From assembly GCA_010015585.1 (NCBI GenBank), contig ML975156.1: a DNA stretch of 64,000 nucleotides. One strand, given 5' to 3'. Numbering within the stretch: the stretch's first letter is position 1; the number at the start of each line of letters is the position of its first letter. The position numbers and the translations under genes were made by a program. The DNA is from Eremomyces bilateralis CBS 781.70 (Eukaryota). Below are positions 1-10,507 of the stretch, piece by piece. The notes under the pieces were generated by a model, which was not told the origin of the DNA, ran no database searches, and worked only from the letters and a program-made list of their open reading frames with translations.

Positions 1-217
1 AGTCTTTCTTCACACATCGCGACAGGAACTTATCGCGCAACGACCACGCGTTGATGGCGTGCCGGAGGGCATCCCATGTTGGATAGACAGTACCGGGGGT
101 GGGAATGGGGACGTCGAGGGCCGGCGGGGGAGCGGGCGACGTCTGGCTTTCCTCTTCGGAGGAGAGACCTTCGTCGGGATCGGATGGAGTTTGAGGGTTG
201 AGAGATGGATTAGCCAT
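1..217 (-). CDS. Partial gene (runs off left edge) with MuDR/Mutator transposase-like DNA-binding domain
   Basis: Manual translation from ATG 217 (alternative in-frame ATG 253): MANPSLNPQTPSDPDEGLSSEEESQTSPAPPPALDVPIPTPGTVYPTWDALRHAINAWSLRDKFLSRCVKKD..., open to the window edge. The G-x-x-Y/F...L(R/K)xAIxxW...F..R..K pattern resembles DBD_Tnp_Mut/FAR1-type domains. Confidence 0.5.
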   Translation of the reverse strand, partial: MANPSLNPQTPSDPDEGLSSEEESQTSPAPPPALDVPIPTPGTVYPTWDALRHAINAWSLRDKFLSRCVKKD

Positions 218-335
218 GATATGTGGTCCGGTGGTAATGAAACGTCTGGTCATGGGCAGCCGAATTGAGGTTGTAATGCCATCATGATATCGGTTTCCAT
301 TAGCACGTGAGACACGTCTTATGTCATCCATCTAC

Positions 336-613
336 GAACAACAGCACAACAACAGAGCAACAGAACAACAAAACAACAAAACAACAGAACAACAGAACAA
401 CAGAACAACAGAACAACAGAACAACAGAACAACAGAACAACAGAACAACAGAACAACAGAACAACAGAACAACANNNNNNNNNNNNNNNNNNNNNNNNNN
501 NNNNNNNNNNNNNNNNNNNAACAGAACAACAGAACAACAGAACAACAGAACAACAGAACAACAGAACAACAGAACAACAGAACAACAGAACAACAGAACA
601 ACAGAACAACAGA
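336..613. repeat. (AACAACAG)n 8-bp tandem repeat spanning an assembly gap (N run 475-519)
   Basis: Directly visible near-perfect 8-mer array on both sides of the N run. Confidence 0.97.
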
Positions 614-1263
614 AAACACCTCAACTCTAAGGCAACGTTATTCAAGTCTTGAGAGAACCTATCTCCTACTTCTTTCGATCCAGTATGAGATGAGAGTCGG
701 ACGTGGGCATTCCCATATACAACAAGTGACAATGGTTTAACGTACGGCTTGAGGGCTCTCAACGATCCTTTGGCCACTAAGAGCACTGCGAAAGGTCCTT
801 GGTCTAGAATGTATGTGTTGAACTACATCTAGCACGTTTTCACCTCCATTATGCCAAGAGGATTTCTAGAGCACATTGGGTAAGGGCGACGATCAAGCAA
901 TTGAGGAAGGGGAAGGGTTTTAGAGATGTGTACGTCCAGGCTGTCGAGTAAGCCTACCTAGACTATCCTTAATATATACAAAACCATATGTCTGAAAGAA
1001 CGGTCTATACTCGCTTCCTTCTGACTACGAGTTATTTGATCACATTATAATATAAGATGGGAATCATGAGATCGAAATGTATGGAGCACAGACCCGCAGC
1101 AATCGATTTGGTAACTAAGTGCTACGAAGCGTACGACGAAACCGATCAGTCGGCAAAAAGCAGTCGTGGATTATCATAAAAAAGCGAAAACGTCATCCCT
1201 CGCGATATCTCATTGCTTGTTTGCCCGTAATCAAATCCTTTTTTAGCGCCAATTTTCTCATTC

Positions 1264-2136
1264 CTAAGCCTTCTCGGTGGTGGAAGCACCAGCAGACGGT
1301 TTCTCTAGGGAGGGGGCCTCTGGATTCTTCGCACAGTTCGTGCAGGAGCATTTCCCTGCGGGACACGGGCAGCCGGCCGCGTTCGCGCCGCAATTGCACT
1401 TCGTCCGATCGGTACCAGGGACCGTCTCCACCCCCGCCTTCTCGGCGTCGCCGGCCGGCGATTCCTCCTTCTTGAGGCTCGCTAGGTGCTTCGCCTCGCC
1501 GTGGACATCCATGACCTGTTTGTTCGTGTCCTCGTAGAACTTCCGCAGCCGCTGGCCGGTCGGGGTTTCCAGCGCCTTCTCGAAGTAGGAGGTCAGGCCG
1601 CGCCAGGCCGCGCCGCCCTTAGTGGACACGCCGAGGCGCTGGTCGGCTGCCTGGGCGCGCTCGCTGGCGTGGAAGCGGGTGTCGAAGTCATGGAGGGCTT
1701 TCTGGAAGCGCTCGGAGACGCCATGTTGCTTGTCCAGGGCGATGCCTTTCTCGATGGCCTTGTCGCTGAGGACGTAGCCTTGGGCGAGATACTCGGCAAG
1801 GATGCGGGCGCGGGGCTTATCCTCTTGGGCAACGTCGCCGGCTTCGGTAGGCTCGAGGGGTTCGGAGGTGGCGCGATCGCCGGCGAGGTCGTCAATGGAT
1901 GCGGTGCTGGCGACGTGGACTTGGGACGGGCCGAGCTGGGTGTTGTCGAGGAGGAGGGCGGTTTTGGCGGCGGTCTCCTTCTCGAAGGTGACGGTGGCGG
2001 ATTGAGGGGATTTCGCGTCTTTGGAGACGGGTTTGACAGAGAGAGAGGAGATTTTACCGCAGAAAGAAAAGAAGTCGCGGACTTCCTTCTCGGTGGTTTG
2101 ATGCGAGATGTTCTCGACGTTGACGGTGGACGACAT
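1264..2136 (-). CDS. vip1: Vip1-like RRM-domain protein with Cys-rich C-terminal tail
   Basis: Intronless 290 aa ORF. N-terminal RRM (VNVENIS...EVRDFFSFCGKI...ATVTFEKETAAKTALLLDNTQLG) and QEDKPRARILAEYLAQGY motif typical of the S. pombe Vip1 family. Confidence 0.85.
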   Translation of the reverse strand: MSSTVNVENISHQTTEKEVRDFFSFCGKISSLSVKPVSKDAKSPQSATVTFEKETAAKTALLLDNTQLGPSQVHVASTASIDDLAGDRATSEPLEPTEAGDVAQEDKPRARILAEYLAQGYVLSDKAIEKGIALDKQHGVSERFQKALHDFDTRFHASERAQAADQRLGVSTKGGAAWRGLTSYFEKALETPTGQRLRKFYEDTNKQVMDVHGEAKHLASLKKEESPAGDAEKAGVETVPGTDRTKCNCGANAAGCPCPAGKCSCTNCAKNPEAPSLEKPSAGASTTEKA

Positions 2137-3456
2137 GGTTGGAGTGGGCGTCGGATGCGTTGTTTTGAATAGTAAGTGAATTGTTTGTAGCTTTCGAAAT
2201 GCAGGTTTTGAGTGAAGTGGGAAGGTTTATCAAACGTTATAAAGGATTATGAAAGCCCAATATCAAGTATTACAAGAACCAGATGTTGATGGAATGGCAT
2301 GGAGAGGAACGCAACACACAACACGCAATCAGCAGACTGACATGACCCGCGGCACAAGGCGATGACGTTGTGTCTAAAGGACCCCGCTAGACCCTTGCAA
2401 GGCCCTTGTGAGTGGAATGTGGCGTACGCAGCGCTTTGTGGCTTAGCAGTGGCATCGCCTCATTTCAGGGTCACGTGCAAGCTGTAGCTCAGGTCACATG
2501 ACACGGACCAGAAATTCAGAATCAATCTCTGCCACGTGCCCCGCCCTCTACTGAGTAGTTAGCCGCAGATATAACTTAGAAGCTAAGTTAGTTCGAAGAC
2601 CGAAGATAGAAAATGGGGGCACAAGGCCACAAGGCCACAAGGCACCAATGTATGTAATTAGCCAGCTTAGGTAGTTCCCCACATGGGCCTCGCCGAGAGG
2701 CCTAACGGGCGTATGAATCTCTCTCTCCCTCTACTGAGTAGTGAGCACTGGCCGATTGGCCATAAGGTCTCGGGTTCAAAGTGGTTAGAGACTACAATCT
2801 CAATTCAATTGTAGGGGAATATTCCATACGATATTATTGACTTGTGGGACCCACCCATCTGATAAGTTTTGAACCCAACCGCGGCCCCGTGGGGATCATC
2901 CATCATTGTCGCGTGCCGAATTGCTCCTGTTAGAAAATTCGGGACTTCTGAAGCCGATGAACAAACTCGGCAAAATGACGGGATGAGGGACCGAAGCTCG
3001 AGTCATGGGGATGTCGCCGCCGCTGGGCAAGGGAACCAACTTTCAACTTTGGGATGTTCCAACTTCCAACCGAATCTCCGTAAATATTCACCTTTAATAA
3101 TCGCCTATTAAGAGTGGCCCTCTATAATCTCGTCGTGTAGCAATTCCATGATCCGAGGTACTTTTTTCCGCAGCGGTACTGCCGATCAACCGGCGGGAGG
3201 GAAGGTGTACAGTGGATGGGATTGATTCTTCGCAGAATAATCCATCACAACTCTACCACGCCAACATGACGATGGGGAGAGGTATTATCCATTTCCTCCA
3301 CCCCGTCCTGCTCCTTCTTCATAGTCATAGTCTTTGCATCTTTCCAGCCATTTCCAGTCATTTTCAGTTCGATCCCGTTGTTGTTTCATGATACCCTAAA
3401 TTTGCACCCACCCCACCATCCCACCAGCGGCCTCGCGAGTTGCGCCCTTCGCCACC

Positions 3457-4908
3457 ATGACCCCGCGAGAAGACTCCGCCATCGCCGACGACGACGTCCC
3501 CACCGGCAAGGCGCCCGCCAAACTCACCGTCGGTAACCCCCCCGCCGACGACAGCCAGGTCATCGGCCACCCAGGCACCGTCCGCATCAACGTCCAAGGC
3601 GCCTTCATCGTCGACGATGAACCCACCACCCCGAACGGGACCGTCCTGAACGACCTCGACCGCGACCACCTCGACCGCGACCACCTCGACTCCTCCCACC
3701 ATACCAAAGACATCCGCCTGCCGAACCACCGCGCCGTCGTCTCGCACATGGCCATCGACATCGGCGGCTCGCTGGCGAAGCTGGTCTACTTCGTTCCGGA
3801 ATCCTCCTCCTCGCCGGAGCTGGGCGGCCGCCTGAGCTTCATGAAGGTCGAGACCGAGCGGATCGACTCGTGCATCGAGTTCATGCGGCGGCTGCGCCGC
3901 GCGCACGAGGCGAGTAACGGGGGCACGCCGGGGGATCTGTGCGTCATGGCGACAGGGGGCGGCGCGTTCAAATACTACGAGGAGATCAAGGAGGCGTTGG
4001 GGATCGAGGTGCTGCGGGAGGAGGAGATGGAGTGCTTGATCATCGGGCTGGATTTCTTCATCAACGAGATCCCGAACGAGGTCTTTACGTATAGCGAGGA
4101 CGACCCCATGCACTTCGTGGAGTCCCGCGAGCCTATCTACCCCTACCTGCTCGTGAACATCGGCTCGGGCGTCTCGATGGTGAAGGTGTCAGGGCCGCGG
4201 CAGTTTCAGCGCGTGGGCGGGACCGCCATGGGCGGCGGGACGCTGTGGGGGTTGCTCTCTCTGCTGACCGGCGCGCGAAACTTCGACGAGATGTTGCGGA
4301 TGTCCGACCACGGCGATAACACAGCGGTGGATATGCTCGTGGGCGACATCTACGGGACCGACTACCTCAAGATAGGATTGAAGAGCACCACCATCGCGAG
4401 CAGTTTTGGGAAGGTCTACAAGATGAAGCGGCAGGCGGAACGGGAGGCGGAGGATCATGGTGGGCTATCGAATGGAGACCGGTTCCGGGAAAGGGACGAT
4501 GGAGACGGTCCGGTGATGTTCCGACCGGAGGATATCAGCCGGAGTTTGCTTTATGCCATCAGGTACGATACCGTCCCACTGTTGCAACTGATCTCCTCGC
4601 TCGCGTATCTAACTTGTATCTACAGCAACAACATCGGCCAAATCGCCTACCTCCACGCGGAAAAGCACGGCCTCGAACACATCTATTTCGGCGGCTCCTT
4701 CATCGGTGGCCACCGGCAAACCATGCACACGCTCTCCTACGCCGTGAACTTCTGGTCCAAGGGCGAGAAGCAGGCGTACTTTCTCCGACACGAAGGGTAT
4801 CTCGGGGCGGTCGGCGCCTTCTTGAAACGCCAGCCGCTGAACTGGGGGCGGAGGAATAGCACGGACGCGCTCCATCCGCTGTCGAGGGCGACATCAAAAG
4901 GGCAGTGA
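3457..4908 (+). CDS. CAB1: Type II pantothenate kinase (fumble family)
   Basis: Motifs AIDIGGSLAKLVY, ATGGGAFKY, YLLVNIGSGVS, SNNIGQIA, YFLRHEGYLGAVGAF. One intron 4563-4625 (GTACGA...CTAAC...TACAG). Confidence 0.95.
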   Translation: MTPREDSAIADDDVPTGKAPAKLTVGNPPADDSQVIGHPGTVRINVQGAFIVDDEPTTPNGTVLNDLDRDHLDRDHLDSSHHTKDIRLPNHRAVVSHMAIDIGGSLAKLVYFVPESSSSPELGGRLSFMKVETERIDSCIEFMRRLRRAHEASNGGTPGDLCVMATGGGAFKYYEEIKEALGIEVLREEEMECLIIGLDFFINEIPNEVFTYSEDDPMHFVESREPIYPYLLVNIGSGVSMVKVSGPRQFQRVGGTAMGGGTLWGLLSLLTGARNFDEMLRMSDHGDNTAVDMLVGDIYGTDYLKIGLKSTTIASSFGKVYKMKRQAEREAEDHGGLSNGDRFRERDDGDGPVMFRPEDISRSLLYAIRYDTVPLLQLISSLAYLTCIYSNNIGQIAYLHAEKHGLEHIYFGGSFIGGHRQTMHTLSYAVNFWSKGEKQAYFLRHEGYLGAVGAFLKRQPLNWGRRNSTDALHPLSRATSKGQ

Positions 4909-5299
4909 GCGGGGTGGATTTTGCGACGATTGAAGCGTTCCGTTCGGTGTAGATTCATGTTTTCATGTCGCGCATGTACGAAAGATACCTTAGGAGCCAC
5001 AACAAGCGTTGATCAGATCTCGATCTGGAACCCGGTAACAAGATGCGTTTTCCGGAGTGCTGTCCGCATGGGTGAACTATATACATGCAAGCCAGCCATC
5101 GACGCCAGCAAAGGGAGTGATATAATATTAAATATTCTCCCACTTTTCGAAGCCGAATGCGTTCGGGACGGTTCGCATACCGGTAGCAAACCATGTGAGA
5201 TCTGCGGGCGACAGAATGACACTTTTCCCAAATCTAAACGCCAGAGCTTCGCAAGGCAGGTATCAACAAATGCTTCGATCTTTTCTCCTCCTTTTCTTC

Positions 5300-7536
5300 T
5301 CACCGTCCCGTTCGATCTCGCATTTGCCGCCTCCGTTCGTTTTCCTTGACTATCGCATCGTTAGCAACCGGACCGCTCGAGTCGAGACAAAGCCCACGTA
5401 CCTTCGTCGTACACCAGGAACTCGTGCAACGCATTCCCCCCCGGCACCATGGGCAGGACCGCCACCTTCTGATCCGTGACGATCTCCAACAACTTCGGCC
5501 CCTTGTACCCCTCCCCGTAGCTGGGGTCGGCGTCGTCTAGCAGCCACTTCAGATCCGTCTCCAGATCCTCCAACTTCACGGTGCGCCGCGCAGGCAACCC
5601 CATGGCGTCGGCCAACTTGACGAAGTTCGCGTTCCGCTGGTGCGTGTGGGCGAAGCGGTCCTCGTAGAAGAGCGACTGCCACTGCGTCACCATGCCCTGC
5701 TCCTCGTTGTTCAGCACGATGACCTTGACGCCGACGCCGAACTCCACCGCAGTCGACAGCTCGGTCAACGTCATGCTGAAACTGGCGTCCCCGTCGATGT
5801 CAATGACGATGGCGTCCGGCCGCGCCACCTTGGCGCCGATTGCGGCCGGGAGCCCGAAGCCCATCGTGCCGAGGCCGCCGGAGGTGATCATGCTGCGAGG
5901 GTGGCGCCAGCGGAAATGCTGGGCCGTCCACATCTGATGCTGGCCGACGCCGGTGGCGATCACGACGTTTTCCTTGTACGGCGCCGTGAGCTCGGAGAGC
6001 TTGGTGATGATCGTCTGCGGCTTGATGGGGCCGCCGGGTGTCTCTTTGGCATATGCCCAGGGGAACTGGGTCTTCCAGGCTTGGATCTGGTCGAACCACT
6101 CGGCGCGGGCGGACATGGGGGTTTCGTTCACGTGGGGGAGGAGGAGGGAGAGGTTGGTGGCGACGTCGCCTTCGACGGCTTCGGTCGCTTGCACCACTTT
6201 GTTGATGTTCTTCGGCATGATCTCAAAATGGACGATCCCACCGCGGCCTTCTTGAGCGGCGGCTTTGGCGGCGGGCGCGAATCGCGGGATGCTTCCCGTG
6301 ATGCGGTCGTCGAACCGAGCACCGAGCGCAAGGATCAAATCGGCCTCCTGCATCGCCATGTTGGCGTATGCGGAACCGTGCATACCTAGCATGTGGAGGG
6401 ATTTCGGGTCCAGTTCATCGAAGCCGCCGAGGCCTTGGAGAGTGGTGGTGACGGGAATCGAGGCCTTTTCCGAAAGCTCCCTCAAGAGCTGAGAACCCCC
6501 CAGCGCGGATACGATGCCTTGACCGGCGTAGATGACGGGCTTCTTGGCAATGTTGATGAGATCGGCTGACTTCTTGATTGCGCCCTCCAGCTGTCTCCGC
6601 GACAGTTCTCGCGCGGCCAACGTTGCCGCTGAAGGATGTGTGGGGAGAGAGCTTGCCATAGGGATCGGTCGGGTGAGAGTGCCACCAGTCACATCCTTCG
6701 GCAAGTCAACCAAGACGGGTCCAGGACGTCCAGTGGTGGCAATCTCGAATGCCTCGTTAATCCGCCGCGGCAGCTCCGCAATGCTCTTCACCATGACATT
6801 CCACTTGGTGCACGCCCTTGAGATACCCACCATATCTGCTTCTTGGAACCCATCGCTTCCAATTGCGGCGGTGGGAACCTGCCCGCAAAACACCACCATG
6901 GGGGTTCCGTCCATCAGCGCGTCCTGCATCGGTGTCACGACGTTGGTTGCGCCAGGTCCCGATGTCACGACCACCACACCGGGTTTCCCGGACACTCGCG
7001 CATAGCCCTCGGCCATGTGTCCGGCGCCTTGTTCGTGTCGAGGAAGGACGAAGTCGAAGTGGGGCGAATTGTAGATGGCGTCGAACACCGGAAGAATCGC
7101 ACCGCCAGGATAGCCGACTATAAACGTTGTTAGCACTGGAGTCGTTCTCCAATTCGTGACTCATGCTCCACATACAGATATGCTTCACCCCCTGCCGGAG
7201 CATCATCTCGTGGAAGATCTCTCCTCCCTTCATTCCCACGAATGAATGGTCCATCGCCGGCGACCGGGTAGGCCGGAGAGGTTGCACCTCGTTCCGTCTT
7301 GCATCGTCTCGATTGAAGGCGGGACTAGGAACGGGTCGTTGGTGCTGCTGCTGTTGTAGGGCCGCGGCAGCTGTGCTCTGGCCTCGCTTAGGCACATCTT
7401 TCACGGGAGATGATTTTGATGCGTGCGAGGGATTCCTATAGGGGGATACCGCAGCAGCTGCTGCGGTATTTGAAAATCGCCGGGCCCTATGGAGGGTTTG
7501 GATGGCCGTGGCCGAAGTTTTCCTTGCGGGAAACAT
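5300..7536 (-). CDS. ILV2: Acetolactate synthase (AHAS) catalytic subunit, mitochondrial
   Basis: Motifs FGYPGGAILPVFD, RHEQGAGHMAEGYAR, ThDP motif GDASFSM...LNNEEQGMV. Arg/Ser/Ala-rich presequence from ATG 7536. Introns 7118-7175 and 5350-5401; last exon VKENERRRQMRDRTGR*. Confidence 0.96.
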
Positions 7537-7727
7537 GATGGTGGGAGGAAGACGGTGAAGGCAGGATGCTGGTACCACCCATCAATTGACGCGGATGGCG
7601 ACCCAATGGCACTTCAAAAGAGGGGAGATGTCTGGAAAGAAGCGAAGATAAGAGAAAGGATCGTGGAAGCAGAGAGGGGAGAGGATCAGAGGGAAGATGG
7701 GGGGAGGGCAATATGAAAAGTCGAAAT

Positions 7728-7734
7728 TGAGTCA
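7728..7734. promoter_or_regulatory. Gcn4/CpcA-type site TGAGTCA upstream of ILV2 (second copy TGACTCA at 7157-7163 in intron 1)
   Basis: Exact consensus heptamer about 190 bp upstream of the ILV2 ATG. ILV2 is a known general-control target in fungi. Confidence 0.5.
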
Positions 7735-8776
7735 CAATCCAGGCCATATTCAGAGTGACTGGACTGGCGCGCCCTAGACTGCAGCAACTTTGCCCATGCA
7801 AGCCGAGAGCGCCAGAGCGCCAAAGCGGGGACGGTGTTGGACAACGATCAGGCGGTACATTATTGTTACTGGGCCGCCATGATTGGTTCCCGCAGACTCC
7901 CGCATGGTCCCCTTGACCACCGATTTCGGGGCGGTCGGAATTGGCGGGGAAGTAAATCAAAGTCAGAGCATCGGGATGAGTCGATATGTTCCCGTTAGAG
8001 TACTTCCGAATAACCATCTCATCAATCAATCCGGTCGATATGTGGTGGAATTCTCATCAGAATCAGCACAAGTAATAGCAATTCCATGTACAGTACCAGT
8101 AAATGGCCAAATCCATCCACGCACATACATGTATTCTCTCGAACTAGAAATCTTCAAAGGTGAAATGTGAAATCCACAACAAGGCGACAAGGCAACAAGG
8201 CAAAAAGGCGTTAACCCATTTGTGATCACGTGCCAAAGCTTAGTAAGACATACCCCGGCGGCCAGGCCATTGCACTTTTCATCCGTGCAGGAGAGTTTTA
8301 AGAAATTTTGTCTGATATATGCATGTGGTCTGAGATATTAAGGCGATAAGGCGATTAGCACTGTTATATTCACTAAGTTAGTTAGTTAAATCACTTGTTA
8401 AGTTGGTTGTTCGTGGTCTTAGTAAGACATACTACGTTAACTAGTTATACGTAGTACTACAAGGCTACAACCCTTAAAGTCCTGTTTGCCCCATGCCCCC
8501 ATCATCCCTGGAGCCTGGCCCGCCGCCTGGGTGATTCTCAAGAACCTCAGACTTCAGAGTACGTAATCAACTCCATCCTGCCTGAGGGGTCGTACGGTAA
8601 TAAGGGATCATTCATATATACAGTTACACTCCTCCCGTGTTACATAGTAACCATCTTAATTGAGCTCTAGTAACTCCCTGCTGTACATACATGGAGATAG
8701 AGCAATTCATGTAGTATTCCTGCTAAACTTCGCCTCCCTCCACCTCTCGTACTACACAACATTGAGAGACTCCAAC

Positions 8777-10433
8777 ATGGATCCAAAGGGTCGGGGTCAT
8801 GGCCGTATGAATTCGGTTGAGGAGCGCAGAGGTATTTCAATGCATTATTTCATCAATCCTCAGACACGAGTCTCTTGTTCCTGACACTTGCTAGTTAATC
8901 GTCCACGGAGTAGCACGAGAGGGCCACTCGATGAACAGGAGGAGTAAGCTACCTGACTTCCTACTACGTAAATATAAGAGCTTAGATGAATTGACACCCT
9001 ACAGTCCACTATCGGCCACCACCGAATCCCTCCCCCCAAACCCGTCGAGAGCATTATCCCCCGACTCTGCATCCCAACGTCCAAGCAGTTCCGCAGCCCA
9101 GCGCTATGCCCCCCAATTCCAAAGCCCCAACCTTCTTTCCCCCCGTTCCTCCCACCCAGCCGCCCGCTCACCCACCCGACCCGGACAGTCCCCCCGCCCG
9201 TTCTCCCCCAGCCGTCCCGAACTCGACCTAAGCCATCTCCTCTCCCCCTCGCACTACCAACCGCTCCCCTCACCCCCCCAACCCTTCCAATCCCGCTCTC
9301 TCGCCCTCGCCGGCCGCACTCCGATCCCCACCCTCCTCCAATACGGCCACTTCCACTCCGCCGCCATCGCCGCCGCCGAGCACCTTACCCTGCACACCGC
9401 CCCGCGCGACGTCGACCGCATCTTCTCTCTCCTCTATGTCCGCCTCGCGTGCCTCGTGCTGCTCGGCCACGGCGAGGAGGCGGCGCGCGAGGCCGCCGCG
9501 ACCATCGGGGACTGGACCCAACCGATGTGGCTGAGCTATGCGGGGCGGCGGCCAGTGAATCTGGTGCCGTTCGGGCTGCGCGTGCTGCTGACGAGGTTGC
9601 AGGCGGAGGGGCCGGGGCCGGCAGGGCAGGTGGTGGATCCGCGGAGGGCGGTGATGGGGCTGTACGAGTTGGCGAGGGAGGCGAGGGGGAATGTAGGGAG
9701 GATATCAGAGGCGTTGAAAGAGGGAGAGGGGAAGTTAGAGAAGAGCGAGGTGGAAGGATTGGAGGGGGAGCGGCGAATGTGGAAGACGCGGCTGCGGGAT
9801 TTGGGGGTCACGGTGGCAGGGGTGCTGGTGGATGTTGGGGACTTGGAGGGTGCTGGCGAACATTTGAGAGGGCTCAACCGAAGTTCTAGTGCCGGAGAAG
9901 ACGCGAACGAGCAAGATGAGGGGACAATGGCATTTCGACGACAGAGTCTGGTCACGGAAGGGTTGGTATGGCTTCGTCTCGGGGGCCTACAGGCAGCGAG
10001 GGGAGCAATCGAAGGCTTGCAGGAAGGAGAACCTTCCGGATCATCTATGCTGGAGTCTACCCATCCATCCACCGCCGAACTCCTCCCGCCGCTCCTCAAA
10101 GCTGCCGAGGGAAACTACCCGGGCGCCGTCGACGCATGGGAATCCCTCCACGCGAAGTACCCCGGCAATCTCACCATCGAGAACAACCTGGCCGTCTGCC
10201 TGCTGTATACGAGGCAACTGGGAAAGACGCGGGACTATCTCACGTCGATGCTCGAGAAAGGAAGGGAGCCGAGCCCATTTCCTTCGTTCCTCTTTAATCT
10301 GGCTACGCTGCTCGAGTTGACCACGGAGAAGGCGAGAGATAGAAAGATGGACGTGGCGACGATGCTTGCGGAGCTGGAGCCGGACTCGGAATGCGGTGGA
10401 TGGGAGAGGGCTGCTGTGGAGTTGAAGCTCTAG
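8777..10433 (+). CDS. TPR-like protein, TRAPPC12-like (trafficking protein particle complex subunit 12 family)
   Basis: Spliced model: exons 8777-8831, 8895-8943 and 9005-10433 give MDPKGRGH...RPRSSTRGPLDEQEDPLS. Helical TPR-like C-terminal half with NNLAVCLLY and FNLATLLEL. Confidence 0.7.
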
Positions 10434-10507
10434 AATATACGGTTGGATGGTCTGAACCAGCTCGAAAGTGCTGTGAGACAACCCAGCCAATGCAATGATA
10501 ACTTTCC

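Noticed and set aside
307..786. Several ORFs with NNRTTEQQ / VVLLFCCS repeats
   Set aside because: Translations of the 8-bp microsatellite across an N gap, not genes. No spacers, so not CRISPR-like.
2740..2790. GGTTCAAA B-box-like word suggesting a tRNA
   Set aside because: No cloverleaf or acceptor stem could be formed.
5300..7536. ILV2 as a self-resistance gene copy
   Set aside because: It has a normal presequence and housekeeping neighbours, and no biosynthetic core gene is nearby.
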